Of a DNA stretch of 64,000 bases, positions 46,981 to 56,472 are shown one piece after another. The DNA is taken from contig VMFP01000004.1 of assembly GCA_007376145.1 (NCBI GenBank), forward strand, positions 70,988-134,987, read 5' to 3'. Numbering within the stretch: the stretch's first letter is position 1; each line of letters opens with the position of its first letter. The notes beneath the pieces are model-generated. The model ran no database searches and had not been told where the DNA came from. It saw only the letters and a program-made list of their open reading frames with translations. Both the position numbers and the translations under genes were made by a program. Source of the stretch: Parcubacteria group bacterium Gr01-1014_38. Its GTDB lineage: Bacteria > Patescibacteriota > Andersenbacteria > UBA10190 > CAIZMI01.

Positions 46981-47934
46981 GTGGCCGACGTTCGACTTGC
47001 CACAATCAGCGGGTGGTCCGAGCGCCGCGGACAACTGCGCGGGGTTGTTCTTCTTGTCATCACTGCGCTCATTTTTTATCTCCTGTTCCGTCGCATTGAC
47101 CTCATGTCAGTGCTCCAAACACTCGCAACAATTCCGTTCCGAACCTGGCGTGCGGCGTTTCTTCTCACGATTTCCTTTCCCATGCTCTCCGCGCTTCGGT
47201 GGCACTACACACTGAAGGCAATCGGCCATCGCGTCTCGATACTCCGCTGCTTGAAAATCATCTTGGGGACCTCACCGATCAGCGCGATTGCGCCCTCGAA
47301 AGCCGGCGATCTCTTGAAAGCGTTGAGCCTGCGCGGAGAAATCAGTCTCCTCGAGGTGGGCGGAACAGTGTTGGCAGAGCGTGTACTGGACGTGATTGTT
47401 CTCGCGGCCCTCGCACTGGCTGGCGGCATCGTCGTTGGAAACTCGCTCATCACGCGGCTCGCAGTCGCGATCGTCGGAGCTGGCATCGCGGGACTGCTTC
47501 TCCTCCCCATGCTTGTCGCCTCAATCAAAAAGCCGAAGCTCCGCGAAAAACTTGAGCGGTTGATTCGCGTCCTTCACGCGCTCCGCGCACAACCATCTAA
47601 AGCGTTCGCTATCGCGCTTTTTACCGTTCTCAATTGGCTGGCGTCCATCGTCCAGACACACTTGCTTCTTCTCGCCGTCGGCGCGCATCCGCCCTTTTGG
47701 CTCACGGCAGCGGCACTTCCCATCGCCATCTTCATCGGGCTCATCCCCATCACCATCGGCGGCATGGGGACGCGCGATGCCGCGCTCGTCACGCTTCTTG
47801 CGTCAGCCGCAACTGCACCACAAGCACTGTCTGTCGGATTGCTCTACTCCTTCTTCGGCTATTGGCTTCTTGCGATTCTCGGCCTGCCGTTCATGAAGAG
47901 CGCGCTATTCAGAAACCGGAACCAGCGTTCTTGA
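46981..47934 (+). CDS. lysylphosphatidylglycerol synthase TM / UPF0104 flippase-like protein
   Basis: ALRW, PSKAGDLLK, ERVLD, IPITIGGMGTRD; 8-9 TM helices. Confidence 0.85.
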   Translation: MADVRLATISGWSERRGQLRGVVLLVITALIFYLLFRRIDLMSVLQTLATIPFRTWRAAFLLTISFPMLSALRWHYTLKAIGHRVSILRCLKIILGTSPISAIAPSKAGDLLKALSLRGEISLLEVGGTVLAERVLDVIVLAALALAGGIVVGNSLITRLAVAIVGAGIAGLLLLPMLVASIKKPKLREKLERLIRVLHALRAQPSKAFAIALFTVLNWLASIVQTHLLLLAVGAHPPFWLTAAALPIAIFIGLIPITIGGMGTRDAALVTLLASAATAPQALSVGLLYSFFGYWLLAILGLPFMKSALFRNRNQRS

Positions 47935-48000
47935 ACACACTCGTTATGTACTCCCGCGCGTAGACTGGCATACGGAGTATACTCTGTACATGTCCGACTA

Positions 48001-48029
48001 TTGACGAAACGCGGGCCTCGCTGTATTGT
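48001..48029 (+). promoter_or_regulatory. sigma70 promoter TTGACG-17-TATTGT
   Basis: Near consensus; upstream of SD AGGAGGT and ATG 48092. Confidence 0.7.
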
Positions 48030-48091
48030 ACCGGGTCGTTCCTTAACAACCATTCCGTCACCGCACTTTGCGACGAGCGAGGAGGTCAGAC

Positions 48092-48856
48092 ATGCCGGTA
48101 CCAGAAACCAGATATCTCTTCAGCCGCAGCGAGCGAGGTATCTTCGCGGAAATTTACTTTCCCAAGCGAGCGGCCTATTACGGCGCGATCTTCAATGCCC
48201 TGCGGCATGGGTATGATGAGCATGAGGTCAAAACGTATTTGCGGCGCCACGTAGTCGCATTGCTGAACGAGTTTCAGACCTTTCCCGACCTGTTCAATCC
48301 CCACCGATACACTGCGGCTAGGCCTCGGCGCACGCCACCCTCGACTGCCGAAGCGCTGGAGCGTATCGACATGTACCAGTCCCCCTTCAAGGGCTGGTCG
48401 GTGTACTCGGTTGATGGCGTCTTTTTCGACGCCCAAGGGGAACCTACCGAGGAAGCTACCCAGGTAGTGCGGGTCATGTTCCGGTTCGATAGCTCGTTTA
48501 CGGAACAGGCAGCTGCCGCTGGTTGCCCGGATGTGCTGCGGTCGATTCTGTTTTGGGTCATCAGCCAGCAAGGCCGCCTGGACGAGCATAAAGTATGGAG
48601 CAAAGCCGAACAGGCGCAGTTCATAGCCCGGCACAGACCGTGGCCGAAAAGGAAACGGCTGTTTGCCCAGCAGCACTTCCAAGCCATTGCCTCCGAAGCC
48701 GCCAAGTGGGTGGATGACCGCGCCCTATTCGTTTTTGCCTACCTCGTCCGCAAGTTCTGGGGGCAGGTGGTGGAAGAACGCCTCTATGAAGAGGAGATCT
48801 GGGTGATCAACCTCTTTGATCTGGTGGTAAATGTTGTGAAGCGGACTGAACAGTAA
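48092..48856 (+). CDS. hypothetical protein (254 aa, soluble)
   Basis: Strong SD AGGAGGT, own promoter, protein-like composition; no family recognised with confidence. Confidence 0.75.
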   Translation: MPVPETRYLFSRSERGIFAEIYFPKRAAYYGAIFNALRHGYDEHEVKTYLRRHVVALLNEFQTFPDLFNPHRYTAARPRRTPPSTAEALERIDMYQSPFKGWSVYSVDGVFFDAQGEPTEEATQVVRVMFRFDSSFTEQAAAAGCPDVLRSILFWVISQQGRLDEHKVWSKAEQAQFIARHRPWPKRKRLFAQQHFQAIASEAAKWVDDRALFVFAYLVRKFWGQVVEERLYEEEIWVINLFDLVVNVVKRTEQ

Positions 48857-48882
48857 CCATGTACTTTGAAAGGAGAATAGCC

Positions 48883-49110
48883 ATGCTTGCCAAGGCAACC
48901 GCGCAATTGGTGGAGGAGGTATTTGCCCACTTTGGAGCAGATGCCAAGCAGAAGGCAAAGGAGAACCCCGAGGCCTGTCTGATCTCGATGCTTACGTTGA
49001 TCAAGAAAGAGCTTCCACATGTTTACGCTACGCTGCGCATGAGCATTGAGTTGGCTCCGTACGACGGCTATCTTCAGGAAGCGCGGGAGAAACTGGAGCA
49101 GACTTCTTGA
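48883..49110 (+). CDS. small hypothetical helical protein (75 aa)
   Basis: SD AAAGGAG before ATG 48883; followed by a terminator. Confidence 0.7.
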   Translation: MLAKATAQLVEEVFAHFGADAKQKAKENPEACLISMLTLIKKELPHVYATLRMSIELAPYDGYLQEAREKLEQTS

Positions 49111-49138
49111 CCTGGTACACGCCTCCGTCTACTCTTTC

Positions 49139-49170
49139 GGCGGCATCATCAACGATGGTGCCGCCTTTTT
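49139..49170 (+). terminator. intrinsic terminator
   Basis: GGCGGCATCATC-AAC-GATGGTGCCGCC followed by TTTTT. Confidence 0.8.
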
Positions 49171-49333
49171 ATAAGGGGAAAGTCATCGTCAGCCGCGAAG
49201 GGACCGATAGTTTGACTCCCAAACTCCATGTACCCGCATCGTGGGTAAATGTCGCACCCTGCCGCTGCACCCAGACAGCGGAAGCTTCGCTGCCTGTTCC
49301 GTTTATTCACACGGTGCTGGTGCCTTTGACGAA

Positions 49334-50158
49334 TCACTTTTCGAACCGCGCGAACTTGACGCCGCGGAAGCGGACGCGGCGGAATCCGGTGCGCGCGGCG
49401 ATGAAACGCATGGCCGTCTCGCTGTAAATGCTCACGTGGGTCTCCGGTTCCTGGAGATAGAACCAATGGTCCTGCTCGCGCTGATAGTCGGGATCCTCCA
49501 AGCGGCGCGTTTGCACCAACAGAACGCCGCCGGGACGGAGAACTCGATGAAGCTCGCGGAACGTTTCCAAAACGTTCGGAATGTGCTCCAGCGTCTCAAT
49601 GGAAAAAATCCCATCAAGGTCTTCTGCCGGGAGATTGGCTTCGGAAATAGGAACTCGAAGAATATACTGGCTTTCTACCGGACTAAACGGGTCGAGGCCG
49701 ATGCAATCGAAGCCTTCCTTCCGAAGCTCCGACACGATGGTCCCATGCCCGCAGCCGAAATCGAGGAGCTTGGGAAAACGTTTTCGGGCGCTGTGCTGGT
49801 ACCAGCGTTCATACAGAGGCACGTGCTTCAGCGCGGTGTGGACGTGACGAGAGGCCCATGCCACCGGTGAGGACATGAGCCCGAGCATTTCCCACCCCTT
49901 TGCGCGCATCTCCTGCGGATCGCCCGACGGCCAGAGGCGCTCCCGCGCGTCCGCATTCGCTGCGTCCTGCGCTACCAATACGTGGGGATGATCTTCCCAG
50001 TGAAAGTTCTGCAAGAAATCGCAGGAGCCACAGTGATAATAGGAAACGCTGTCCACCGTGTGGCGGAGAGACACGGGCGCTCCGCAGAGTTTACAGCCGC
50101 GCTCGGTGCGTGTCGGTGCTTCGGCTACACGGGAAGAAACGGCGAGTTGGTGTTGCAT
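49334..50158 (-). CDS. SAM-dependent methyltransferase with N-terminal Zn-ribbon
   Basis: CKLC...CGSC, LLDFGCGHG, ETLEH, RVLRPGG, HVSIYS. Start at ATG 50158, after an extended -10. Confidence 0.85.
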   Translation of the reverse strand: MQHQLAVSSRVAEAPTRTERGCKLCGAPVSLRHTVDSVSYYHCGSCDFLQNFHWEDHPHVLVAQDAANADARERLWPSGDPQEMRAKGWEMLGLMSSPVAWASRHVHTALKHVPLYERWYQHSARKRFPKLLDFGCGHGTIVSELRKEGFDCIGLDPFSPVESQYILRVPISEANLPAEDLDGIFSIETLEHIPNVLETFRELHRVLRPGGVLLVQTRRLEDPDYQREQDHWFYLQEPETHVSIYSETAMRFIAARTGFRRVRFRGVKFARFEK

Positions 50159-50164
50159 GTCGGA

Positions 50165-50173
50165 AGCATACCA
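50165..50173 (-). promoter_or_regulatory. extended -10 TGgTATGCT, 6 nt before ATG 50158 (leaderless)
   Basis: Read directly from the minus strand. Confidence 0.6.
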
Positions 50174-50346
50174 GAACCACGCGCCACCAAAGAGACAGGC
50201 ACGAGATACGTTTTCCTTGTCGCCCGAGGCAATTTCGCGTACCATGCGCGCGTGTCAACCCCGTTACCACGGAGTCACGTACTGTGGCCGAACGTACGTA
50301 TCCCTTCCGTCTGCAGTGGGACCGTTCCGCTAATCCCCACACTCTG

Positions 50347-51060
50347 ATGCGAAACGTGGTAACGGGGTCAACCGGTTCGGGTACGGACGACCGCACGCCG
50401 TCTGGGGAACCTTCGTTCCTGCTTCGAGGGATCTTTCACGTTCATACGAGCGCGTCGAAAGACTGCCGAATGTCGGCCGAAGCGGTCGTTTCCAAATGCA
50501 TTGATGAGGGCGTGGACGTCCTGGCAGTGACGGACCACCACGAGATTTCCGGCGCACAAGCCCTCCAACGGCGTGCGCCCTTCCAAGTGATTGTCGGAGA
50601 GGAAATCCGCGCGGCCGAAGGAGGAGAAATCATCGGTCTCTTTTTGAAGGAGAAAATCTCTCAAGGACAACACGCGCGAGACGTGGTGCGGGAAATCCGC
50701 GCCCAAGGCGGCCTCGTCTATCTCCCGCACCCTTTTGATCGAATCCGAACAAAACAGTGGCCTGACGCTCTCCGCGCAGCGCTTCTTGAGACTGCGGACA
50801 TTATGGAAGTCTTCAATGCGCGGAGCATGACGCGCACGTCGGAACGAAAAGCGCGGGAAGCCGCCGAGCGACTCGGGAAGGTCGCGTGCGTCGGCGCGGA
50901 TGCACACTTCCCCAGAGAAATCGGCCCAACGGCGGTGCTGCTTCCTCCCTTCTCCACGCCGGAGTCACTCCTCGTCAGTCTCCGAACGGCGCGCTTCCGG
51001 TGCCAGCGAAGTCCGCGCTGGGTGTTTCCGGCCACCAAACTTGTTGAGCTCCTGCGATGA
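50347..51060 (+). CDS. PHP-domain phosphoesterase
   Basis: FHVHT, AVTDHH, GEEI, PHPF, EVFNAR, GADAH. Confidence 0.85.
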   Translation: MRNVVTGSTGSGTDDRTPSGEPSFLLRGIFHVHTSASKDCRMSAEAVVSKCIDEGVDVLAVTDHHEISGAQALQRRAPFQVIVGEEIRAAEGGEIIGLFLKEKISQGQHARDVVREIRAQGGLVYLPHPFDRIRTKQWPDALRAALLETADIMEVFNARSMTRTSERKAREAAERLGKVACVGADAHFPREIGPTAVLLPPFSTPESLLVSLRTARFRCQRSPRWVFPATKLVELLR

Positions 51061-53636
51061 GAAACACCCTGCAGTGGTTCGGTGGAGCGGCGGTACTCCT
51101 TATCGCTGGCATTGTTCTGCACGCGCTCATCCTCGTTGATGATCTTCCGGATTTGACGCACGATGTTGCTGACGACCCGGAAAATTTCGTCGAGGTGTGG
51201 GGGACACGCACGCTTGGTCAGACGATTCGGCCTCCGCTGCCAAGCATGAGCGGCATTGCGCTGTCTCTCCACCGCCGACCGGGAGTGCATCTCTCCGGGT
51301 ACATTATCCTCCACATTCGGGAATCCCCAGACGCCACAAACGATCTCCGCATTGTCCGGCTCCCGGTCGTGTTTGTCCGAGGAGATCGCTTCACCGAGTT
51401 CCCCTTTCCTCCTCTGAACACGCGATCTCGAGAAGCCCTCTATCTCTTCATTGAATACCCCGACGGGACCAACGATCGTCCGCTGCTTCTCCGCGCGGAG
51501 CAGCGGGAGGTGGATCGGTCCAAGATCGAAAGAATCGTCGATTATGCGGGCGGAACACTCATCCGCGACCACCGGGCTGCCGCCGGCGATCTCGCCTTTC
51601 AACTCTTGAAGCGCGCACGTCGGCCCTTCGGTCTTCAAGTCATCGGCGCAGCACTCCTCGGAGGGATCAGCCTGCTGATCGGGGGCATGCTGTCCATTGC
51701 TGCACGTCGGCAGTGGGTAAAAACATCATGGATCGTCCCCGCGGTTCTTCTCGTCCTCGGCGCCGGACTGCCGCTCATCTTTTACCTCCCCCTCCTTCTG
51801 CAACCCTCCTTTCTCGGCGTGGGAGACTGGGATATGAACACCACGCTCCACGCGGCGGCGGAACGCGCACTCCTCCGCGAGCAGACGTTCCCGGGGTGGA
51901 ACCCGTATCTCTGCGGAGGGACGCCCCTCGCCGCGTTCCCGGAGGCACCGGTCTTCTCTCCCTTCTTCACCACTGTGCTGCTCGGAGGACCGGTAATCGG
52001 TTTTAAGATGAATGTTCTTCTGCACGGTGCGCTCGGGTTCTTGGGCATGCTCTTGTGGCTGCGAAAGGGGTGGAACCTGTCGTGGCTCGCGGCCTTCGTG
52101 GGTGCGGCCGTCGTCGTTTTTTCTTCTTTTATGGGACTGCATCTCGCCGCCGGCCACTCGCGGAAAGTCGCGGCCGCATGGATCCCATGGATTCTCTTGT
52201 TCTTCCAACGCGCCTGCGCGTCGGAGAACCCGCCGACGGGAGCTCGCGAGCAACACCGCGCGCATCGCTGGCGGTCCCTCCGCTTCGCCGCGCCCGCCGG
52301 AGGATTTCTCGCTCTCATGCTTCTGGACGGAAGCGTGTACCTGTCCATCTACTCCGCGACCTTCGTCGTCTTGGTGGGCATCTTGGCGAGTCTCAATGAG
52401 CGACGTGTACTTCCGATCGCCGCCAGTCTCGTCACCGTCCTCCTCGGTGGACTCCTCGCGGGAGTACACCTCGTGCCGACCGCATATTCCCAAGCCACGC
52501 TCCAGACGGTCTTAACCAACGAAACGGCGCCGGTGCCTCTCCAGGCGTTGTGGCACGTGTTCCTCGATCCCAATCAGCGTGACGACGCGCAGAAATTTGC
52601 CGGTCAGACGCAGCCCTGGCTTGAGTATGGCGCGTACGTCGGTGTCGTCCCCGCGCTCTTGAGCGTGCTCGGGATCTTCACCGCGTGGCGCGCGGTGCGC
52701 CCGTGGGCCGGCGCCAGCCTCTTCTTCCTTCTGGTCCTGGTTTCGTCATCGGTGCAGCGCGGGATCGAGGCAGTGCCAATACTCGGCGATCTCCGCAATC
52801 CGCAGCGCATGGCGGGAATGGTGACGATCGCCATCGGTCTCACCGCCGCACTGGGAACCGAGCGCGTGATGCGGTGGCTTCTCGGGACCGACCGCGCGGG
52901 TTCCCTCTCGTCCTCACCGCCGTCGCTCCATCGCGCCGTTGGCGCCGCTCTCGGCGTCCTCACCACCATCACCATTGGGCATCTCATCTTCGTGAACACG
53001 GAAACGTTGGCGGGAACCTTCGTCGTCCCGCCACCTCCGGCACAGGAGGAACCATTTCGCCAGGGGTGGGCGCGGAATCGCCTCGTGGGGATCGAAGACT
53101 CATTTGTCTTCACTATGGAAAATACGTTGCGAAACCGCGGTTCCATCAACCGCTGCTCGGTCGCGGGCATTCGACCAACGGGCGCGCTCCGCATGCCACC
53201 ACCACGTGACCCCGGGGGAGAAGTTGCCGCGGAGTTCCAGGACGCTCCGTATCGTGGAGAGGCATTTCTTCTCGAAGGGCAAGGCACCGCCGCAGTCGAA
53301 GAGCAAACCACGAATCGCGTCCGCGTCCGGTACCAGACGTCCTCGCCCGCTCTGCTCGCGCTCAACCAGAATTACCATCCAGGGTGGAGAACCTCGCGCC
53401 GATCCACGGAGCAGGATCGTCCCCGAGAAGAACCGGCCACCTTCGTTCAGGGTCTGGTGGCCACCGTGCTCCCACCGGGATCGGGAACGGTGACTTTCTC
53501 GTACACCACGCCAGCATTGAGAGCAGGCATGCTCACCACGGCGTTCGGGATGCTCGCTGCGCTGTGGCTGTGGCATCGCAGCACACTCCCGCGGACTCGA
53601 CGAGCAGAGGGTCGCGATCCTTCTGCACACCGGTGA
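51057..53636 (+). CDS. YfhO-like membrane protein (GT-C) with N-terminal beta-rich extracytoplasmic domain
   Basis: TLGQTI...GDLAF domain, GDWD, PGWNPYLCGG, WLEYGAYVG, NQNYHPGW. Confidence 0.76.
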   Translation: MRNTLQWFGGAAVLLIAGIVLHALILVDDLPDLTHDVADDPENFVEVWGTRTLGQTIRPPLPSMSGIALSLHRRPGVHLSGYIILHIRESPDATNDLRIVRLPVVFVRGDRFTEFPFPPLNTRSREALYLFIEYPDGTNDRPLLLRAEQREVDRSKIERIVDYAGGTLIRDHRAAAGDLAFQLLKRARRPFGLQVIGAALLGGISLLIGGMLSIAARRQWVKTSWIVPAVLLVLGAGLPLIFYLPLLLQPSFLGVGDWDMNTTLHAAAERALLREQTFPGWNPYLCGGTPLAAFPEAPVFSPFFTTVLLGGPVIGFKMNVLLHGALGFLGMLLWLRKGWNLSWLAAFVGAAVVVFSSFMGLHLAAGHSRKVAAAWIPWILLFFQRACASENPPTGAREQHRAHRWRSLRFAAPAGGFLALMLLDGSVYLSIYSATFVVLVGILASLNERRVLPIAASLVTVLLGGLLAGVHLVPTAYSQATLQTVLTNETAPVPLQALWHVFLDPNQRDDAQKFAGQTQPWLEYGAYVGVVPALLSVLGIFTAWRAVRPWAGASLFFLLVLVSSSVQRGIEAVPILGDLRNPQRMAGMVTIAIGLTAALGTERVMRWLLGTDRAGSLSSSPPSLHRAVGAALGVLTTITIGHLIFVNTETLAGTFVVPPPPAQEEPFRQGWARNRLVGIEDSFVFTMENTLRNRGSINRCSVAGIRPTGALRMPPPRDPGGEVAAEFQDAPYRGEAFLLEGQGTAAVEEQTTNRVRVRYQTSSPALLALNQNYHPGWRTSRRSTEQDRPREEPATFVQGLVATVLPPGSGTVTFSYTTPALRAGMLTTAFGMLAALWLWHRSTLPRTRRAEGRDPSAHR

Positions 53637-55240
53637 TGGAAACGGCTCCCGCGCTCTCCCACGCCGCACGGTCAGGCACGGCAATCGGCGCCGCGCAGCT
53701 CCTGAGCTATGGAGCGAGCTTCCTGCTGAATATCGCGATCGCGGCGACATTCGGTGCTGCCCGAACCACCGACGCGTATTTCATGGCGACCTCAACCGCG
53801 GAACTCCTGGCGAAAATTCTCCTTGGCGGCGCCCTGACCTCCGTTCTTCTTCCGCTCTTCGTCGAGCACCTCGCAAAGAATGACGCGCGCCGCGCGTGGG
53901 CGCTCTTCTCCTCGCTGCTTTCCCTGGCGGTGATCGCCTTCTTCGTTCTCGGCAGCATCCTCCAGGTGTTTGCGGAACCCCTGGTGACGTTCCTGGCTCC
54001 AGGATTTTCGGGAGAAACTCGCAGCCTGACCACGCTCCTCCTGCGCCTGGTGTTCCCCGCCTACCTTCTCTCATTTCTCGCTGACCTCGCCATGGTTCCT
54101 TTGCACGCGCAACGGCGCTTTGGTCTTCCGGCGCTGTCACGCCTGGTGGTGCCAACGATCACGCTCCTAGCTCTTCTCACCCTCGCCGGCCATGTCGGAA
54201 TCCGGGTGCTGGTCTGGGGAACATTCTCGGGGACGGTCGTGCAGCTTTCGATTCTTCTCATTGCGCTTCGCCGCTTCGGGTATGTGCCGACGTTTCTCCC
54301 ACACGTGAAGAACCCTGATGTACGACGCGCCCTCCTCCTCACGCTTCCGTTTGTCCTGTCGATCTTGGCCGCGCACGGAGCCGGAATCGTCTACCGCATC
54401 CTGGTGTCATTGGAGCCGGAAGGGTCCTTGGCGAGTTTGAAATTCGGCGAGAGAATCTTTCAAATGGCAAACGTGCTCTTCATCGGAACGATTGTTCAGG
54501 TGGCGTTTCCCGCCTTCGCGCGCGCGGTGTCCACGTCACCAGAAGAAGCACAGCAGCGACTGCAGACCGCGATCCGACTGGTGACCTTCGTCGGTATCCC
54601 GCTCACCATCGGCCTTATCCTCCTTCGCACACCCCTCGTCCGCGTGCTCTATGAACGCGGTGCGTTCACGGCGGAAGACACGGCGGCCACCGCTGCGCTC
54701 GTCCCGTTCTTTGTTCTCGGACTGTTAGGAAACGGGTGGAGTTCACTCCTCGGTCACTTCGTTCTCGCCTTTCAGGAAACGCGGATGGCGGTCGCGGTGT
54801 CCGTCGCTCTCCAAGCCGTGGCGGCAGCGTGCTTCGTCCTCCTCGTCCCTCCGCTTGGCGTGACGGGGTTAGCCCTCGTCTCCGGTCTCGGGCCGTTTGT
54901 GCTCACCGCGCTGTACCTCTGGGTTTTTCGCCACCGAACTCCTCGACCCGGAACGTTATTCTTCAACGCGCGGACGTTTCGGTTGATACTGGCGGGGGGA
55001 ATCTGCGCCCTCGCCGTGACCGCCATTCGCGTACTCGCACAGTCTTTCCCGCTCACCAAGGCACGCGACGCCAGCATGCTGATCGCGGCTGGCGCCTTCG
55101 GCGGGACCGCGTATGTCCTTGCCGCCTGGTTGCTCCGCGTTCCCGAAACTGGTATCGTGCTCCGTCTCCTGCGCCATGAATTCACACGCATCCTGGGGTT
55201 CCGCTTTGGAAGAAAAGCGCGTCCAGCGAACGCCGCATGA
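53636..55240 (+). CDS. murJ: MurJ/MviN-family lipid-linked oligosaccharide flippase
   Basis: AATFGA...TDAY, GGALTSVLLP, LAPGF, FGLPA, LYERGAFTAEDT; TGATG coupling to the upstream gene. Confidence 0.82.
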   Translation: METAPALSHAARSGTAIGAAQLLSYGASFLLNIAIAATFGAARTTDAYFMATSTAELLAKILLGGALTSVLLPLFVEHLAKNDARRAWALFSSLLSLAVIAFFVLGSILQVFAEPLVTFLAPGFSGETRSLTTLLLRLVFPAYLLSFLADLAMVPLHAQRRFGLPALSRLVVPTITLLALLTLAGHVGIRVLVWGTFSGTVVQLSILLIALRRFGYVPTFLPHVKNPDVRRALLLTLPFVLSILAAHGAGIVYRILVSLEPEGSLASLKFGERIFQMANVLFIGTIVQVAFPAFARAVSTSPEEAQQRLQTAIRLVTFVGIPLTIGLILLRTPLVRVLYERGAFTAEDTAATAALVPFFVLGLLGNGWSSLLGHFVLAFQETRMAVAVSVALQAVAAACFVLLVPPLGVTGLALVSGLGPFVLTALYLWVFRHRTPRPGTLFFNARTFRLILAGGICALAVTAIRVLAQSFPLTKARDASMLIAAGAFGGTAYVLAAWLLRVPETGIVLRLLRHEFTRILGFRFGRKARPANAA

Positions 55241-55296
55241 CACACCCGTCACGGAGTACGCGGAAGCCCTAACTTGGGCCTGACATCGAGACCCCC

Positions 55297-56472
55297 GTGC
55301 GGTTTGCGTGTATTGAATTCACGACCAAGGCTGGAAAGATCTGGCGTCCGACGCCGGAGCGGCCAAACTACCTCTGCGATCCGGAGAGGGAAATTGACCC
55401 GACCAGCTTTGGGTGTTACACCTCCGCGCTGCATGGCGAGCACGTGCCTCTCACCGGCCTGATCTACGGGTCACTCGACCGTCCGCCCTCCCGGTTCCAG
55501 CGAGCCCGACATAATCTCGCCCGGCGCACGCGCGGGACCTTTGCCCCGTACGATCTCTCCTACCTGAAACAGTTCGATGTGCTCCTGGTCATCTACCAGC
55601 TCAGCAACGATGGCGAACTCGTCCGTTTCGTGCAGCGGGTCCGAACGGAACTGCCGAACATTCTCCTCGTGAGCTGCTCGTCACCACCCTTCGGCCGCCT
55701 GCGGGAGTACTGGAAGGATCACCCCGAGACCATCGTTCGGTACCAGACATTCCTGAACTCTACGCACCTGAACATGAATGTCTGCCGCGCGACCGTCCCG
55801 TTCACCCGACTCCTCACCACGACGCCGTCCGTCTACTTGCCGCAACCGTATCCGGTGGAATACGCCGTGGCATGCGCGCAGAAGACCTCGAAGCGTCGTC
55901 CGATCGTGTACGTGGCGGGCGACACGGTCCGACCCGATATCGTGACGGGTCACCTCATCGCCAACGTGCTGCAGCAGCACCACCCGGAGCTCCACATCCG
56001 GGTCACAAAGACGCCTGGGTTCTCCTTGAACACCGCGTTCCTGAAGGGGACACGTTTCGAGGTCGTACCGTTTCGGCCCTGGGCAGACCAAGTGCACGAA
56101 CTCGCCAGTGTCCGCCTCGTGATCAACACCGATCTCTGGTGGACGCGCGGCCGTGTTCCCGTGGACTGTGCCGCCGCCGGAGTCCCGTGCGTGGGGACCA
56201 CGAGCGACGGACAGACGGAACTCTGGCCCGAGCTCGCTTCTTCAGAGAGCACGGACGTCGACCGCCTGATTGCGCTTGCCGAGCGAGCGCTCACCGACGA
56301 CGCCTTTCGAGCAGCGGTGGTGTCGAAAGCCCAGCGCCGCCTCACCCAGTATGCCTATGGTCCGACCATCCAGCGCTTTGCTGGTGCGGTCGAACTCACG
56401 CGCGCCGGACGGTTGGCCGCATGGCGGGATCCGGTCTGGAAAGACGATATGCTCGTATGGCCGACTCCATGA
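55297..56472 (+). CDS. divergent GT-B fold glycosyltransferase-like protein
   Basis: C-terminal GRVPVDCAAAGVPCVGT resembles the GT-B donor-binding segment; N-terminus not recognised. Confidence 0.55.
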   Translation: MRFACIEFTTKAGKIWRPTPERPNYLCDPEREIDPTSFGCYTSALHGEHVPLTGLIYGSLDRPPSRFQRARHNLARRTRGTFAPYDLSYLKQFDVLLVIYQLSNDGELVRFVQRVRTELPNILLVSCSSPPFGRLREYWKDHPETIVRYQTFLNSTHLNMNVCRATVPFTRLLTTTPSVYLPQPYPVEYAVACAQKTSKRRPIVYVAGDTVRPDIVTGHLIANVLQQHHPELHIRVTKTPGFSLNTAFLKGTRFEVVPFRPWADQVHELASVRLVINTDLWWTRGRVPVDCAAAGVPCVGTTSDGQTELWPELASSESTDVDRLIALAERALTDDAFRAAVVSKAQRRLTQYAYGPTIQRFAGAVELTRAGRLAAWRDPVWKDDMLVWPTP

